Both the position numbers and the translations under genes were made by a program. Below the pieces are notes generated by a model. The model was not told the origin of the DNA. It did no database searches and was given only the letters and a program-made list of their open reading frames with translations. This document shows, one piece after another, positions 20,547-28,719 of a DNA stretch of 35,321 bases. This DNA comes from Candidatus Komeilibacteria bacterium (GTDB taxonomy: Bacteria; Patescibacteriota; Patescibacteriia; UBA1558; S5-K13), in the NCBI GenBank assembly GCA_030591905.1, contig JAUVAE010000001.1, forward strand, positions 1 to 35,321. Direction: 5' to 3'. The stretch's first letter is position 1. Every line of letters starts with the position of its first letter.

Positions 20547-21806
20547 ATGCCTAAAATTGAAAAAATAATTGCTCGAGAAATTTTAGATTCTCGAGGTAAT
20601 CCAACTGTTAGTGTTACGGTATTTTTAACTGATGGTAAATATTATTTTGCGTCTGTACCATCTGGTGCTTCAACTGGTAGTTCAGAAGCTTACGAGTTAA
20701 AAGATGGAGATAATTCTAGATATCATGGATTAGGCGTTTTAAGAGCAGTTGAAAATATTAATACTAAGATAAACAAGTTATTAAAGGGTTGTGACATTAG
20801 CGATTCTAAAAGTATAGATAAAAAAATGATAGAACTTGATGGGACTGATAATAAAATGAATTTGGGAGCTAATGCTATCATAGCCGTCTCCTTAGCCATA
20901 AATAAAGCAGCTGCTGGTAGCAATAATTTACCACTCTATAAATTTATAAATGAATATTATGATTTTATAGCGGATCCAAAACTTCCTATACCTTTAGTTA
21001 ATATCTTTAACGGAGGAAAACATGCTAGTACTAATTTAGATTTTCAGGAATTATGGATAATTCCAGAGAAATTTGATAGTTTTAAAGAGAGATTAAGAGT
21101 AAGTTCTGAAATATTTCATGAATTTGGAAGAGTTTTATCAGAAAATGGTTATGATACAGATTTGGGTAATGAAGGTGGTTATGCTCCTGATTTAAAGAGA
21201 ACTAATGATGCTTGGGATATGATTTTAGAATCTGTTAAAAGAGCTGGTTATGAAAATCAGATAGTTTTGGGTTTGGATGCGGGAGCTTCTACTTTTTATA
21301 ATAAACATTCTAAGAAGTATAAAATTGAATTGGATAAAAAAGATTTAAATTCAACGGAGATGATTAATTATTATATGGATTGGATCAAAAAGTATCCTAT
21401 AAAATATATAGAAGATCCTCTAGATGAGGATGATTGGGATAATTGGGGAGAGTTAAAGAAAACAATAGATTTATCTCAAAAAAATATTCTTGTTATCGGA
21501 GATGATTTATTTACTACTAATGTGGAGAGACTTCAAAGGGGTATAGACAATAATAGTGCAAATGCTATTATTATAAAATCAAATCAAATTGGTACTATTA
21601 GTGAGACCATTGATTGTATTAAATTAGCCCAAGATAATAAATTTTCAATAATTATTTCACATCGGAGCGGTGAAACCTGTGATGATTTTATTGCTGATTT
21701 AGCTGTTGGTTCTGGGGCGGAGTATATCAAAACAGGATCCATTTCTAGGGGAGAAAGGATTTGTAAATATAATAAATTATTAGCAATTGAAGAAGAATTA
21801 TTATGA
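20547..21806 (+). CDS. eno: Enolase
   Basis: The N-terminus 'MPKIEKIIAREILDSRGNPTVSV' is present, plus 'SGASTGSSEA', 'DDLFTTN', 'IKSNQIGT' and 'SHRSGET'. I prefer ATG 20547 over the TTG at 20529 used by the ORF track. Confidence 0.92.
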   Translation: MPKIEKIIAREILDSRGNPTVSVTVFLTDGKYYFASVPSGASTGSSEAYELKDGDNSRYHGLGVLRAVENINTKINKLLKGCDISDSKSIDKKMIELDGTDNKMNLGANAIIAVSLAINKAAAGSNNLPLYKFINEYYDFIADPKLPIPLVNIFNGGKHASTNLDFQELWIIPEKFDSFKERLRVSSEIFHEFGRVLSENGYDTDLGNEGGYAPDLKRTNDAWDMILESVKRAGYENQIVLGLDAGASTFYNKHSKKYKIELDKKDLNSTEMINYYMDWIKKYPIKYIEDPLDEDDWDNWGELKKTIDLSQKNILVIGDDLFTTNVERLQRGIDNNSANAIIIKSNQIGTISETIDCIKLAQDNKFSIIISHRSGETCDDFIADLAVGSGAEYIKTGSISRGERICKYNKLLAIEEELL

Positions 21807-23353
21807 AAAAGAAACAAGTCATTTTAGTTATATTAGACGGTTGGGGAATAGCACCACCTTCAAAAGGCAATGCCATAACATTAGCGAAAACTCCGACCTA
21901 TAATTATTTATTGAAAACATATTCTAGCACTAAACTAATTGCTAGCGGTGTTAAGGTTGGTCTGCCAAAAACACAAGACGGTAATTCTGAAGCAGGTCAT
22001 ATGAATATTGGCGCCGGTCGAATTGTCAAACAAGATGATATGTATATCACGGCCGCTATTAAGGATGGTACTTTTTTTAAAAACTCAGCATTTTTAGAAG
22101 CTGTTAGACATGTTAAAAAGAATAAATCTAATCTCCATTTAATGGGTTTATTAACTGGGATTCAAAGTGCCCATGTTAATCCAAAACACTTGGATGAATT
22201 ATTGGGATTATTAAAGAAAAGTGGAATTAAAAAAGTTTATTTACATTTATTTAGTGATGGAAGAGATGCTCCAAAGTACGCTAGTATTGATTATTTAAAA
22301 AAATTAAAAGCCAAGTTTAGAAATGGAGAAAAGATAGCTACTATAATTGGTAGATCTTATGCTATGGATAGAAATAAAAGATGGGAGAAAAGTGAAAAAG
22401 CATATAAAGCCATGGTAAATGGAAAAGGATATAGAGTTAATTCTGCTGAAGAAGCAATAAATCAAGCATATAATAGAGGAGAGTCCGATGAATTTATTGG
22501 TCCTACAGTTATTATGCATAATAAGAAGCCAGTTGGAGAAATTAAGAATAATGATTCAGTAATATTTTTTAACCTAAGATCTGATAGAGCTAGGCAATTG
22601 ACTAAATTATTTGTCCAGAAAAATGTTTGTGATCGAAATAAAACTTGTAGTATTAATATAAATAAATTGAAAAATATTAAATTTATTTCTCTAAGTGATT
22701 TTGGTCCTGATCTTGATGGTATTTTAACTGCTTTCCCTTCTAAAGATTTAGAGAAAACATTGCCAATGCAATTGAAAAAATATAAACAATTATATATAGC
22801 TGAGAGCGAAAAATATGCCCATGTAACTTATTTTTTTAACGGTGGTTATAAGGATCCAGTTGCTGGTGAATTTAGAGAAATGATTCCATCACCAGATGTT
22901 GATTCCTATGACTTGCGACCAGAGATGGGCTCTAATAAGATTGTCAAAAAATTAATAAAATATATTAATAAAAATCAATATGATTTTTATACAGTTAATT
23001 TTGCTAGTCCAGATATGATTGCTCATACTGGGAATTTATCAGCCGGAATAAAGGCGGTTGAAAATATTGATAAATGTTTAAAAAATCTTCATGAAGTGGT
23101 TAAAAAGAATAAAAATGTAACTATGATAGTTACATCAGACCATGGAAATATTGAAGAAATGATTAATCTAGAGACTGGCGAAATAGATACAAAACATTCT
23201 AGTAATCTAGTGCCCTTTATTTTAATTAATGATAAATTTAAAAATAAAAGATTAAAGAGGGGTATATTGGGCGATATTGCTCCGACAATTTTAGATATTA
23301 TGGATTTACCAAAGCCTAAATTAATGTCTGGAAAGAGTTTGTTGCGTAAATAA
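21803..23353 (+). CDS. gpmI: 2,3-bisphosphoglycerate-independent phosphoglycerate mutase
   Basis: 516 aa with 'VILDGWGIAP', 'GNSEAGHMNIGAGR', 'AESEKYAHVTYFFNGG', 'SPDMIAHTG', 'TSDHGN' and 'DIAPTILDIMDLPKP'. It overlaps eno by 4 nt (ATGA). Confidence 0.92.
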   Translation: MKKKQVILVILDGWGIAPPSKGNAITLAKTPTYNYLLKTYSSTKLIASGVKVGLPKTQDGNSEAGHMNIGAGRIVKQDDMYITAAIKDGTFFKNSAFLEAVRHVKKNKSNLHLMGLLTGIQSAHVNPKHLDELLGLLKKSGIKKVYLHLFSDGRDAPKYASIDYLKKLKAKFRNGEKIATIIGRSYAMDRNKRWEKSEKAYKAMVNGKGYRVNSAEEAINQAYNRGESDEFIGPTVIMHNKKPVGEIKNNDSVIFFNLRSDRARQLTKLFVQKNVCDRNKTCSININKLKNIKFISLSDFGPDLDGILTAFPSKDLEKTLPMQLKKYKQLYIAESEKYAHVTYFFNGGYKDPVAGEFREMIPSPDVDSYDLRPEMGSNKIVKKLIKYINKNQYDFYTVNFASPDMIAHTGNLSAGIKAVENIDKCLKNLHEVVKKNKNVTMIVTSDHGNIEEMINLETGEIDTKHSSNLVPFILINDKFKNKRLKRGILGDIAPTILDIMDLPKPKLMSGKSLLRK

Positions 23354-23358
23354 GTATT

Positions 23359-23473
23359 ATTCACCCCGTTAAAGAATTTGAAACAAGAATAAATTTATTA
23401 TTTTAATTTAAGAGGATGGTAAAAAATATTATTTTATGTTATTTAATAAATATTAACATTTAACAGGGTGAAT
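23359..23473. repeat. Long hairpin element, ATTCACCCCGTTAAA...TTTAACAGGGTGAAT type
   Basis: Arms 23359-23373 and 23459-23473 pair at 14 of 15 positions around an AT-rich loop of about 85 nt. The right arm contains the GTG start (23468-23470) of the downstream gene. The termini match the element at 8515-8600. Confidence 0.7.
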
Positions 23474-24256
23474 GAATTTATAAGACTAAAACCTTTATGT
23501 TTAATTATAATCAGCGGATTACACGTTGATTATTTATCTAATAGTAAGATTAATAACCTGAAGGCTTTGATTGATAATTATCCGTTTTTAACCCTGAGTT
23601 CTTCAGAAAAAAATATCGATAAATTTTATAATAGTTATGTTGAATTGGGAAGTGGTAATCCTATTAACGAAGATAATAGAACATCATTAGCACAAGTAAT
23701 TAGTGATGCTGGATTAAGTCAATTACATTTAGCGGATACAGAATCTTATGCTTATATTACTTATTTTTTAAATAATAGAAATAAGTTGAGACATAATAAA
23801 GAAATTTGGTTTAAAAATTCTTTATCAAAATTTGATTTTCGTTTAGATAGTACCAATACAACACATAATAAATTAACAAAAAAATTAATCAAAGAGATTA
23901 ATAGGCAGTACTATGATTTTATTGTTATTAATTACAACAATTTATTGTTAAGTTCAAATAAAATTAAAGCATTAAATAATTTAGATAAAAAGATAAAAGA
24001 TGTAGTTGATACTATATTATCATTTAATGGTGCTGTTTTAATAACATCGAATAGTGGTTTGATAAAATCAAATAATAGAGTTCCTTTATTTTTAATTAGC
24101 AAAGCGTGGAAAAATAAAAGTTTTATTAATTATGATTGTAGGAAAAAAATAAATAAACAAATTGTTAATGGTGATATTAGTCAGATTTCTCCCACAATTT
24201 TAAAAATACTTGGACTTTCCAAGCCGAGAGGAATGAAAACTAATTCCTTAATTTAG
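23468..24256 (+). CDS. Degenerate, domain-deleted paralog of iPGM (probable pseudoenzyme)
   Basis: 262 aa with a GTG start. It is collinear with the N- and C-terminal (phosphatase-domain) parts of the upstream gpmI: 'ADTESYAYITYFLNN' aligns with 'AESEKYAHVTYFFNGG', 'YYDFIVINY' with 'QYDFYTVNF', and 'ISPTILKILGLSKPRGMKTNSLI' with 'IAPTILDIMDLPKPKLMSGKSLL'. The catalytic Ser and metal ligands are replaced. Confidence 0.6.
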   Translation: MNEFIRLKPLCLIIISGLHVDYLSNSKINNLKALIDNYPFLTLSSSEKNIDKFYNSYVELGSGNPINEDNRTSLAQVISDAGLSQLHLADTESYAYITYFLNNRNKLRHNKEIWFKNSLSKFDFRLDSTNTTHNKLTKKLIKEINRQYYDFIVINYNNLLLSSNKIKALNNLDKKIKDVVDTILSFNGAVLITSNSGLIKSNNRVPLFLISKAWKNKSFINYDCRKKINKQIVNGDISQISPTILKILGLSKPRGMKTNSLI

Positions 24257-24261
24257 ATTAG

Positions 24262-24693
24262 TTAGATTATAATAAATATTAAATAGGTCAATATAAATCC
24301 AGTTATAACTCCAGCGATTACCTGAATCATAGTATGGGAGATTCGTTCATTTAGTGTTTTGTATTTATATTCAAGTTCGTCGGGCAAATCGATAATAAGT
24401 TTATTTATTGTTTTACTATGTTCTGTTAAATATCCTCTAAAACCAATGGCGTCAGTAATAACGATAATAGCTAAGAAAAAACTAACAGCAAAGGCTGGAG
24501 AATCAATACCTTCAGTTAAAGCAATTATAGTTGATAGAGAAGTCACTAAAGCACTATGAGCAGAAGGCATTCCGCCGTAAGATATTAAATTTTTCCATGA
24601 AAATCTACCTCTTATTGCCTCAATAATTGGTTTTACAATTAATTGAGTTATGAGGGCTATTGCTAATGGTATTAGTATCAGTTCGTATTTCAT
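24262..24693 (-). CDS. Divergent PAP2 family membrane protein (DUF212, acid phosphatase/vanadium haloperoxidase-related)
   Basis: 143 aa, multi-TM, with the signature 'GGMPSAHSALVTSLSTIIAL'. Confidence 0.75.
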   Translation of the reverse strand: MKYELILIPLAIALITQLIVKPIIEAIRGRFSWKNLISYGGMPSAHSALVTSLSTIIALTEGIDSPAFAVSFFLAIIVITDAIGFRGYLTEHSKTINKLIIDLPDELEYKYKTLNERISHTMIQVIAGVITGFILTYLIFIII

Positions 24694-24750
24694 ATTTAAG
24701 TGGTTAATTATAATATACTATAATTATAATAAGAAATTAATAACTATTCA

Positions 24751-25557
24751 ATGATCATTTATCTCCAAACAATATTATTATCCTTGGTACAGGCTATTAC
24801 TGAATTTTTACCAGTATCAAGTTCTGGCCATTTAATTATATTTCATAACTTATTGAATTCAGAGTTACTGAATAATTTAAGTTTTGATGTGGCTTTACAT
24901 GGTGGAAGCTTATTAGCAATTATTATTTTTTTTTATAAAGATATTCGGATAGCTATTAATGATTTTATAAGCAACCTAAAAAATAAAACACTAAATAATG
25001 ATTTAATATTAATTATTATTATTTCTATTATACCAGCCGGCTTAATTGGGTTTTTTTTGGAAGAGACTATAAATATTTTCAGAAAACCTGTTATTGTTGC
25101 TATAGCTTTAATATTTGGTTCCATATTATTTATATTGACAGAAAAGTTTTTTAAATATAGAAAAGATTTATCAAATATAAGTATTTCTAATGGTATTTTT
25201 ATTGGAATTGCTCAGTGTCTAGCCTTTATCCCTGGAATGTCAAGGAGTGGTATTACTATTGTGGCAGGAATGAATAGAGGACTAAGTAGAACTGATGCTG
25301 CTAGATTCTCTTTTTTATTAGCAATCCCATTATTATTAGGTGCTTTTATTAAAAAAACAGCCGATGTTTTAACATCTACTGCTCAATTGAATACTTTTTT
25401 TATTTTAGGTTTTCTAATTACCTTTATTTTTAGTTTAGTAGCAATTAAAATTTTAATGAAATTATTGAAAAGTAAATTTGGTTTATATGGCTTTGCAATT
25501 TATAGAATAATTGTAGCCATAATTATACTTTTATTTTTATTTAGATCCACCGTTTAA
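24751..25557 (+). CDS. uppP: Undecaprenyl-diphosphate phosphatase
   Basis: 268 aa, about 8 TM, with 'QAITEFLPVSSSGHLII' and 'PGMSRSGITI'. Confidence 0.9.
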   Translation: MIIYLQTILLSLVQAITEFLPVSSSGHLIIFHNLLNSELLNNLSFDVALHGGSLLAIIIFFYKDIRIAINDFISNLKNKTLNNDLILIIIISIIPAGLIGFFLEETINIFRKPVIVAIALIFGSILFILTEKFFKYRKDLSNISISNGIFIGIAQCLAFIPGMSRSGITIVAGMNRGLSRTDAARFSFLLAIPLLLGAFIKKTADVLTSTAQLNTFFILGFLITFIFSLVAIKILMKLLKSKFGLYGFAIYRIIVAIIILLFLFRSTV

Positions 25558-25702
25558 TAATCTTTTCTATTACAACTTAAAATTTTAGCTGTAAATTATT
25601 CAGAACTCGTTACTTATATTTTATATAACTTTTCTCGTCCTTTATAATTTTCGCTTAAAATTTTTTCGTTTCATTACGAAAAATTATTAAACATTGAATC
25701 TT

Positions 25703-26326
25703 TTAAACTAAGTGATTTTGTTCAGAATGGATCATTAATCTATTCTGATCATTAATATAAAGGATAAAATTTTCTGAAAGATGATCGCCTATTGTTTTTT
25801 CTAATGATAATGGCATTAGTTCTGGTCTGCCAAATATCTGGACAACAACATTATCATAAACAGCTATTCCAGTTTCAGTGAAATTTCTATTTAAGATATT
25901 TTCTTTATGTCCTGGTGATTTGAACCAGGCTTTTATTATTGATTCATTATTGGAAAAGTCTTTAGCTAAGTTTTCACCAATGAATGAATATTCATAGCCA
26001 GTCTCTTTTATCCAACTAGAAAATGTTTTACCATCTTCAGAGCTATGATTAAAATAGTTATTTTCTACTAAATCTTTTACTTTATTGATAGCAGATTGAG
26101 TTAATTTATCGTTGAATGTTAGAGGAGTTATATTGTTTTTTATTCTTTCTTTATTTACTAATTCAAATATAGCTCTTTCAGAAATATTTGGTTCTGCTAT
26201 AGCCATATTTATAATATTAAAAAAGAATAGCTCTGTGGATATAACAAAGAGGATTACTATTGTTTTAATGATTTTTTTAATATTTTTAGTCATAAGATAT
26301 AAAAAAAAGTACTTTATCAAAATCAA
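25703..26326 (-). CDS. Secreted/membrane-anchored CAP (SCP/PR1-like) domain protein
   Basis: The CAP-domain pattern is present: 'ELVNKERIKNNITPLTFNDKLTQSA...NYFNHSS...GENLA...WFKSPGHKENIL...TETGIAV'. The likely real start is Met12 (26293), which gives a K-rich n-region plus a hydrophobic signal/anchor. Confidence 0.75.
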   Translation of the reverse strand: MILIKYFFLYLMTKNIKKIIKTIVILFVISTELFFFNIINMAIAEPNISERAIFELVNKERIKNNITPLTFNDKLTQSAINKVKDLVENNYFNHSSEDGKTFSSWIKETGYEYSFIGENLAKDFSNNESIIKAWFKSPGHKENILNRNFTETGIAVYDNVVVQIFGRPELMPLSLEKTIGDHLSENFILYINDQNRLMIHSEQNHLV

Positions 26327-26567
26327 AGTACTTTATAATATATAATCTAAAAAGTCAAGTGTTTATCTTTTATTTTTGTTTACCTTGACTCTCATCAGAG
26401 GTATTTTGATTTTGGTTTTTTGTTTTTTATAGGCTGTTTTAACCTATAATTTAAGTATAGCATGGATATTGACTCTTGTCAAGAGGGGGACCGATTCTAA
26501 GCTTGATTAAGTGAGTAGATTGCTATATTATGATATAATATAGATAAAGTTAGTAATTGATAATTTT

Positions 26568-27641
26568 ATGAAAATAGTGATTTTAGCAGGGGGTCAGGGA
26601 ACTAGACTTTGGCCTATTTCCAGAAAAAATCAGCCTAAGCAGGCAGAGTGTTTTTTTAATAATCAAACCCTCTTACAGTTGACTTATAAAAGAATTTTAA
26701 AAGGTTTTAAGAAAGAAGATATCTATATTTCTTGCGGAAAAGACCAATTTAAGCTTCTTAATAAACAGATTAAAGCTATTAAAGATAATTTTATATTAGA
26801 GCCAGAGGCCAAAGGTACTGCTATGGCTATTGGTTTAGCTTGTATTAAATTGTATAGGAAAGATAAAAATGTTGTCTTAGCCATGGTTAATTCAGATCAT
26901 TTTATAGAAAATGAAAAAGAATATTTAAGAGTATTAAAACTAACTAATAAAATTGTTGAAGAAAATTCAGATTATTTAGCATTAATTGGAATAAAACCTA
27001 GTTATCCAGAAATAGCTTATGGGTATATTGAATCTGGAGATTTATTTGAAAAAAATGATAAAGATAGAATTTATAAAATAAAGAGATTTAAAGAAAAGCC
27101 AGATTTTAAAACAGCAAAAAAGTATCTAAAAAATGATAAATTTTTATGGAATACAGCTTGGTTTGTTTTTAAAGCAGAAACTATGTTAAATTTATTCAAG
27201 AAGCATCTACCAAAACATTATCAGGCTTTAAAAAATATTGAACAAAAAATTGATACAAAAGACGAAGCTCAGTTTTTGGCGAAAGAATTTAAAAAAGTCA
27301 GTCCAATTTCTATTGATTATGGTATTATTGAGAAAACCCAGAAAATGTTAGTTGTGCCATCAAAAATAAAGTGGCAAGATATTGGTTCTTGGGATGCAGT
27401 AAGGGATTCTTTAGCAAATAAATTACAGATTGATTCGCAAGGCAGTATTTTAATTAATTCAAATAACAATTTAGTTATTAATAAAAATAAAGATAAATTA
27501 ATTTCAATATTAGGAGTTAATGATTTAATAGTTATTGATACTAAAGATGCTTTAATGATATGTCAGAAATCAAAATCTCAAGATGTTAAGAAAATTATTA
27601 AGAGATTAGAGGAAGATAAAAAATTAAATAAATACTTGTAA
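26568..27641 (+). CDS. Mannose-1-phosphate guanylyltransferase family nucleotidyltransferase
   Basis: 357 aa with 'IVILAGGQGTRLWPISR', 'GYIE', 'FKEKPD' and 'WNTAWFVF'. A possible extended -10 (TGATATAAT, 26531-26539) lies upstream. Confidence 0.8.
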   Translation: MKIVILAGGQGTRLWPISRKNQPKQAECFFNNQTLLQLTYKRILKGFKKEDIYISCGKDQFKLLNKQIKAIKDNFILEPEAKGTAMAIGLACIKLYRKDKNVVLAMVNSDHFIENEKEYLRVLKLTNKIVEENSDYLALIGIKPSYPEIAYGYIESGDLFEKNDKDRIYKIKRFKEKPDFKTAKKYLKNDKFLWNTAWFVFKAETMLNLFKKHLPKHYQALKNIEQKIDTKDEAQFLAKEFKKVSPISIDYGIIEKTQKMLVVPSKIKWQDIGSWDAVRDSLANKLQIDSQGSILINSNNNLVINKNKDKLISILGVNDLIVIDTKDALMICQKSKSQDVKKIIKRLEEDKKLNKYL

Positions 27642-28648
27642 TGCAAAAAATTAAATTTATAATAATTTTTATTATAATATTGGCTATATTTAGTCTATTT
27701 TTTTATTCTCATCAAATTAACTATCCTTTATCAAAAGAGGATAGAGAGGTGGTTTTTACTATCGAGAGAGGAGAATCTCCAAAACAAATAGCGGAAAATT
27801 TAGAAGAAGCTCAAATTATTAAAAGTAGTTTTTGGTTGAGATATTATTTAAAAACAAAAGATTTGTCAGCTCAAATTATTGCTGGTACTTTTTCTTTATC
27901 TCCATCAATGAGTATCAGTCAAATAGTAAAAAAGATTACCACTTTAGATGTGATTTCTAATGAAGATAAGATTGTATTAATAGAGGGGTGGAACGCTAGT
28001 GAGATTGGTGAGTATTTAGAAAATAAGGAACTTTGTAATAAAAGAGACTGGTTAAAATTAATTAATAATTATGATGTGAGTAATTATGATTTTTTTAATG
28101 ACAAGCCACTTACAAATAATCTTGAAGGTTATTTATTTCCCGATACTTATGATGTTTATAAAGATGCAAGTTGTAGTGATATTTTAATAAAATTATTAAA
28201 TAACTTTGATAGAAAAGTTTCCAAAGAAATTAAAAATGATATCAAGTCTCAAAATAAAAGTATTTTTGAAATTATTACTATGGCTTCTATTATAGAGAAA
28301 GAGGTTACGAGCATAAAAGATATGAAAATAGTTTCGGGTATTTTTTGGGATAGAATAAAATATAAACAAGCTTTGGAATCATGTGCTACTTTAGCCTATA
28401 TTTTAGGAGAAAATAAGACTCAATATTCTTTGGCTGATACTCAAATAGATTCACCATATAATACTTATAGAAATAGAGGATTACCACCAGGACCGATTAC
28501 TAATCCAGGATTAAATGCGATTGAAGCTGCTGTTTATCCTACTCATACAGATTATAATTATTTTTTAACAGATCCAAAAACAGCTAATACTATTTGGAGT
28601 AAAACTTTTGAAGAACATAAGCAAAATAAGTGGAAGTATCTAAACTAA
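27641..28648 (+). CDS. mltG: Endolytic murein transglycosylase MltG (YceG family)
   Basis: 335 aa with an N-terminal TM, 'LEGYLFPDTY', 'MASIIEKE' and 'YNTYRNRGLPPGPITNPG'. Its start overlaps the upstream stop by 1 nt (TAATG). Confidence 0.9.
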   Translation: MQKIKFIIIFIIILAIFSLFFYSHQINYPLSKEDREVVFTIERGESPKQIAENLEEAQIIKSSFWLRYYLKTKDLSAQIIAGTFSLSPSMSISQIVKKITTLDVISNEDKIVLIEGWNASEIGEYLENKELCNKRDWLKLINNYDVSNYDFFNDKPLTNNLEGYLFPDTYDVYKDASCSDILIKLLNNFDRKVSKEIKNDIKSQNKSIFEIITMASIIEKEVTSIKDMKIVSGIFWDRIKYKQALESCATLAYILGENKTQYSLADTQIDSPYNTYRNRGLPPGPITNPGLNAIEAAVYPTHTDYNYFLTDPKTANTIWSKTFEEHKQNKWKYLN

Positions 28649-28651
28649 AAA

Positions 28652-28712
28652 TACGGATTAAGAATTAAGAATTACGGAATTTTGTTCCGTTATTCGTATC
28701 TCGTTCTCCGTA
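28652..28712. repeat. 'Empty' ACGGATTAAGAATTA-type long hairpin between convergent genes (possible bidirectional terminator)
   Basis: TACGGA (28652-28657) pairs with TCCGTA (28707-28712) at the base. ACGGAA (28674-28679) pairs with TTCCGT (28685-28690) at the tip around loop TTTTG, with imperfect pairing between. The arm sequence TACGGATTAAGAATTAAGAATTACGGAA is of the same type as the arms flanking the DUF559 cassette. Confidence 0.65.
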
Positions 28713-28719
28713 TATCGTA

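Noticed and set aside
23416-23463. 15-codon mini-ORF (MVKNIILCYLININI) after AAGAGG inside the hairpin loop.
   Set aside because: The SD-like AAGAGG directly abuts the ATG with no spacer, and the peptide is pure AT-codon noise.
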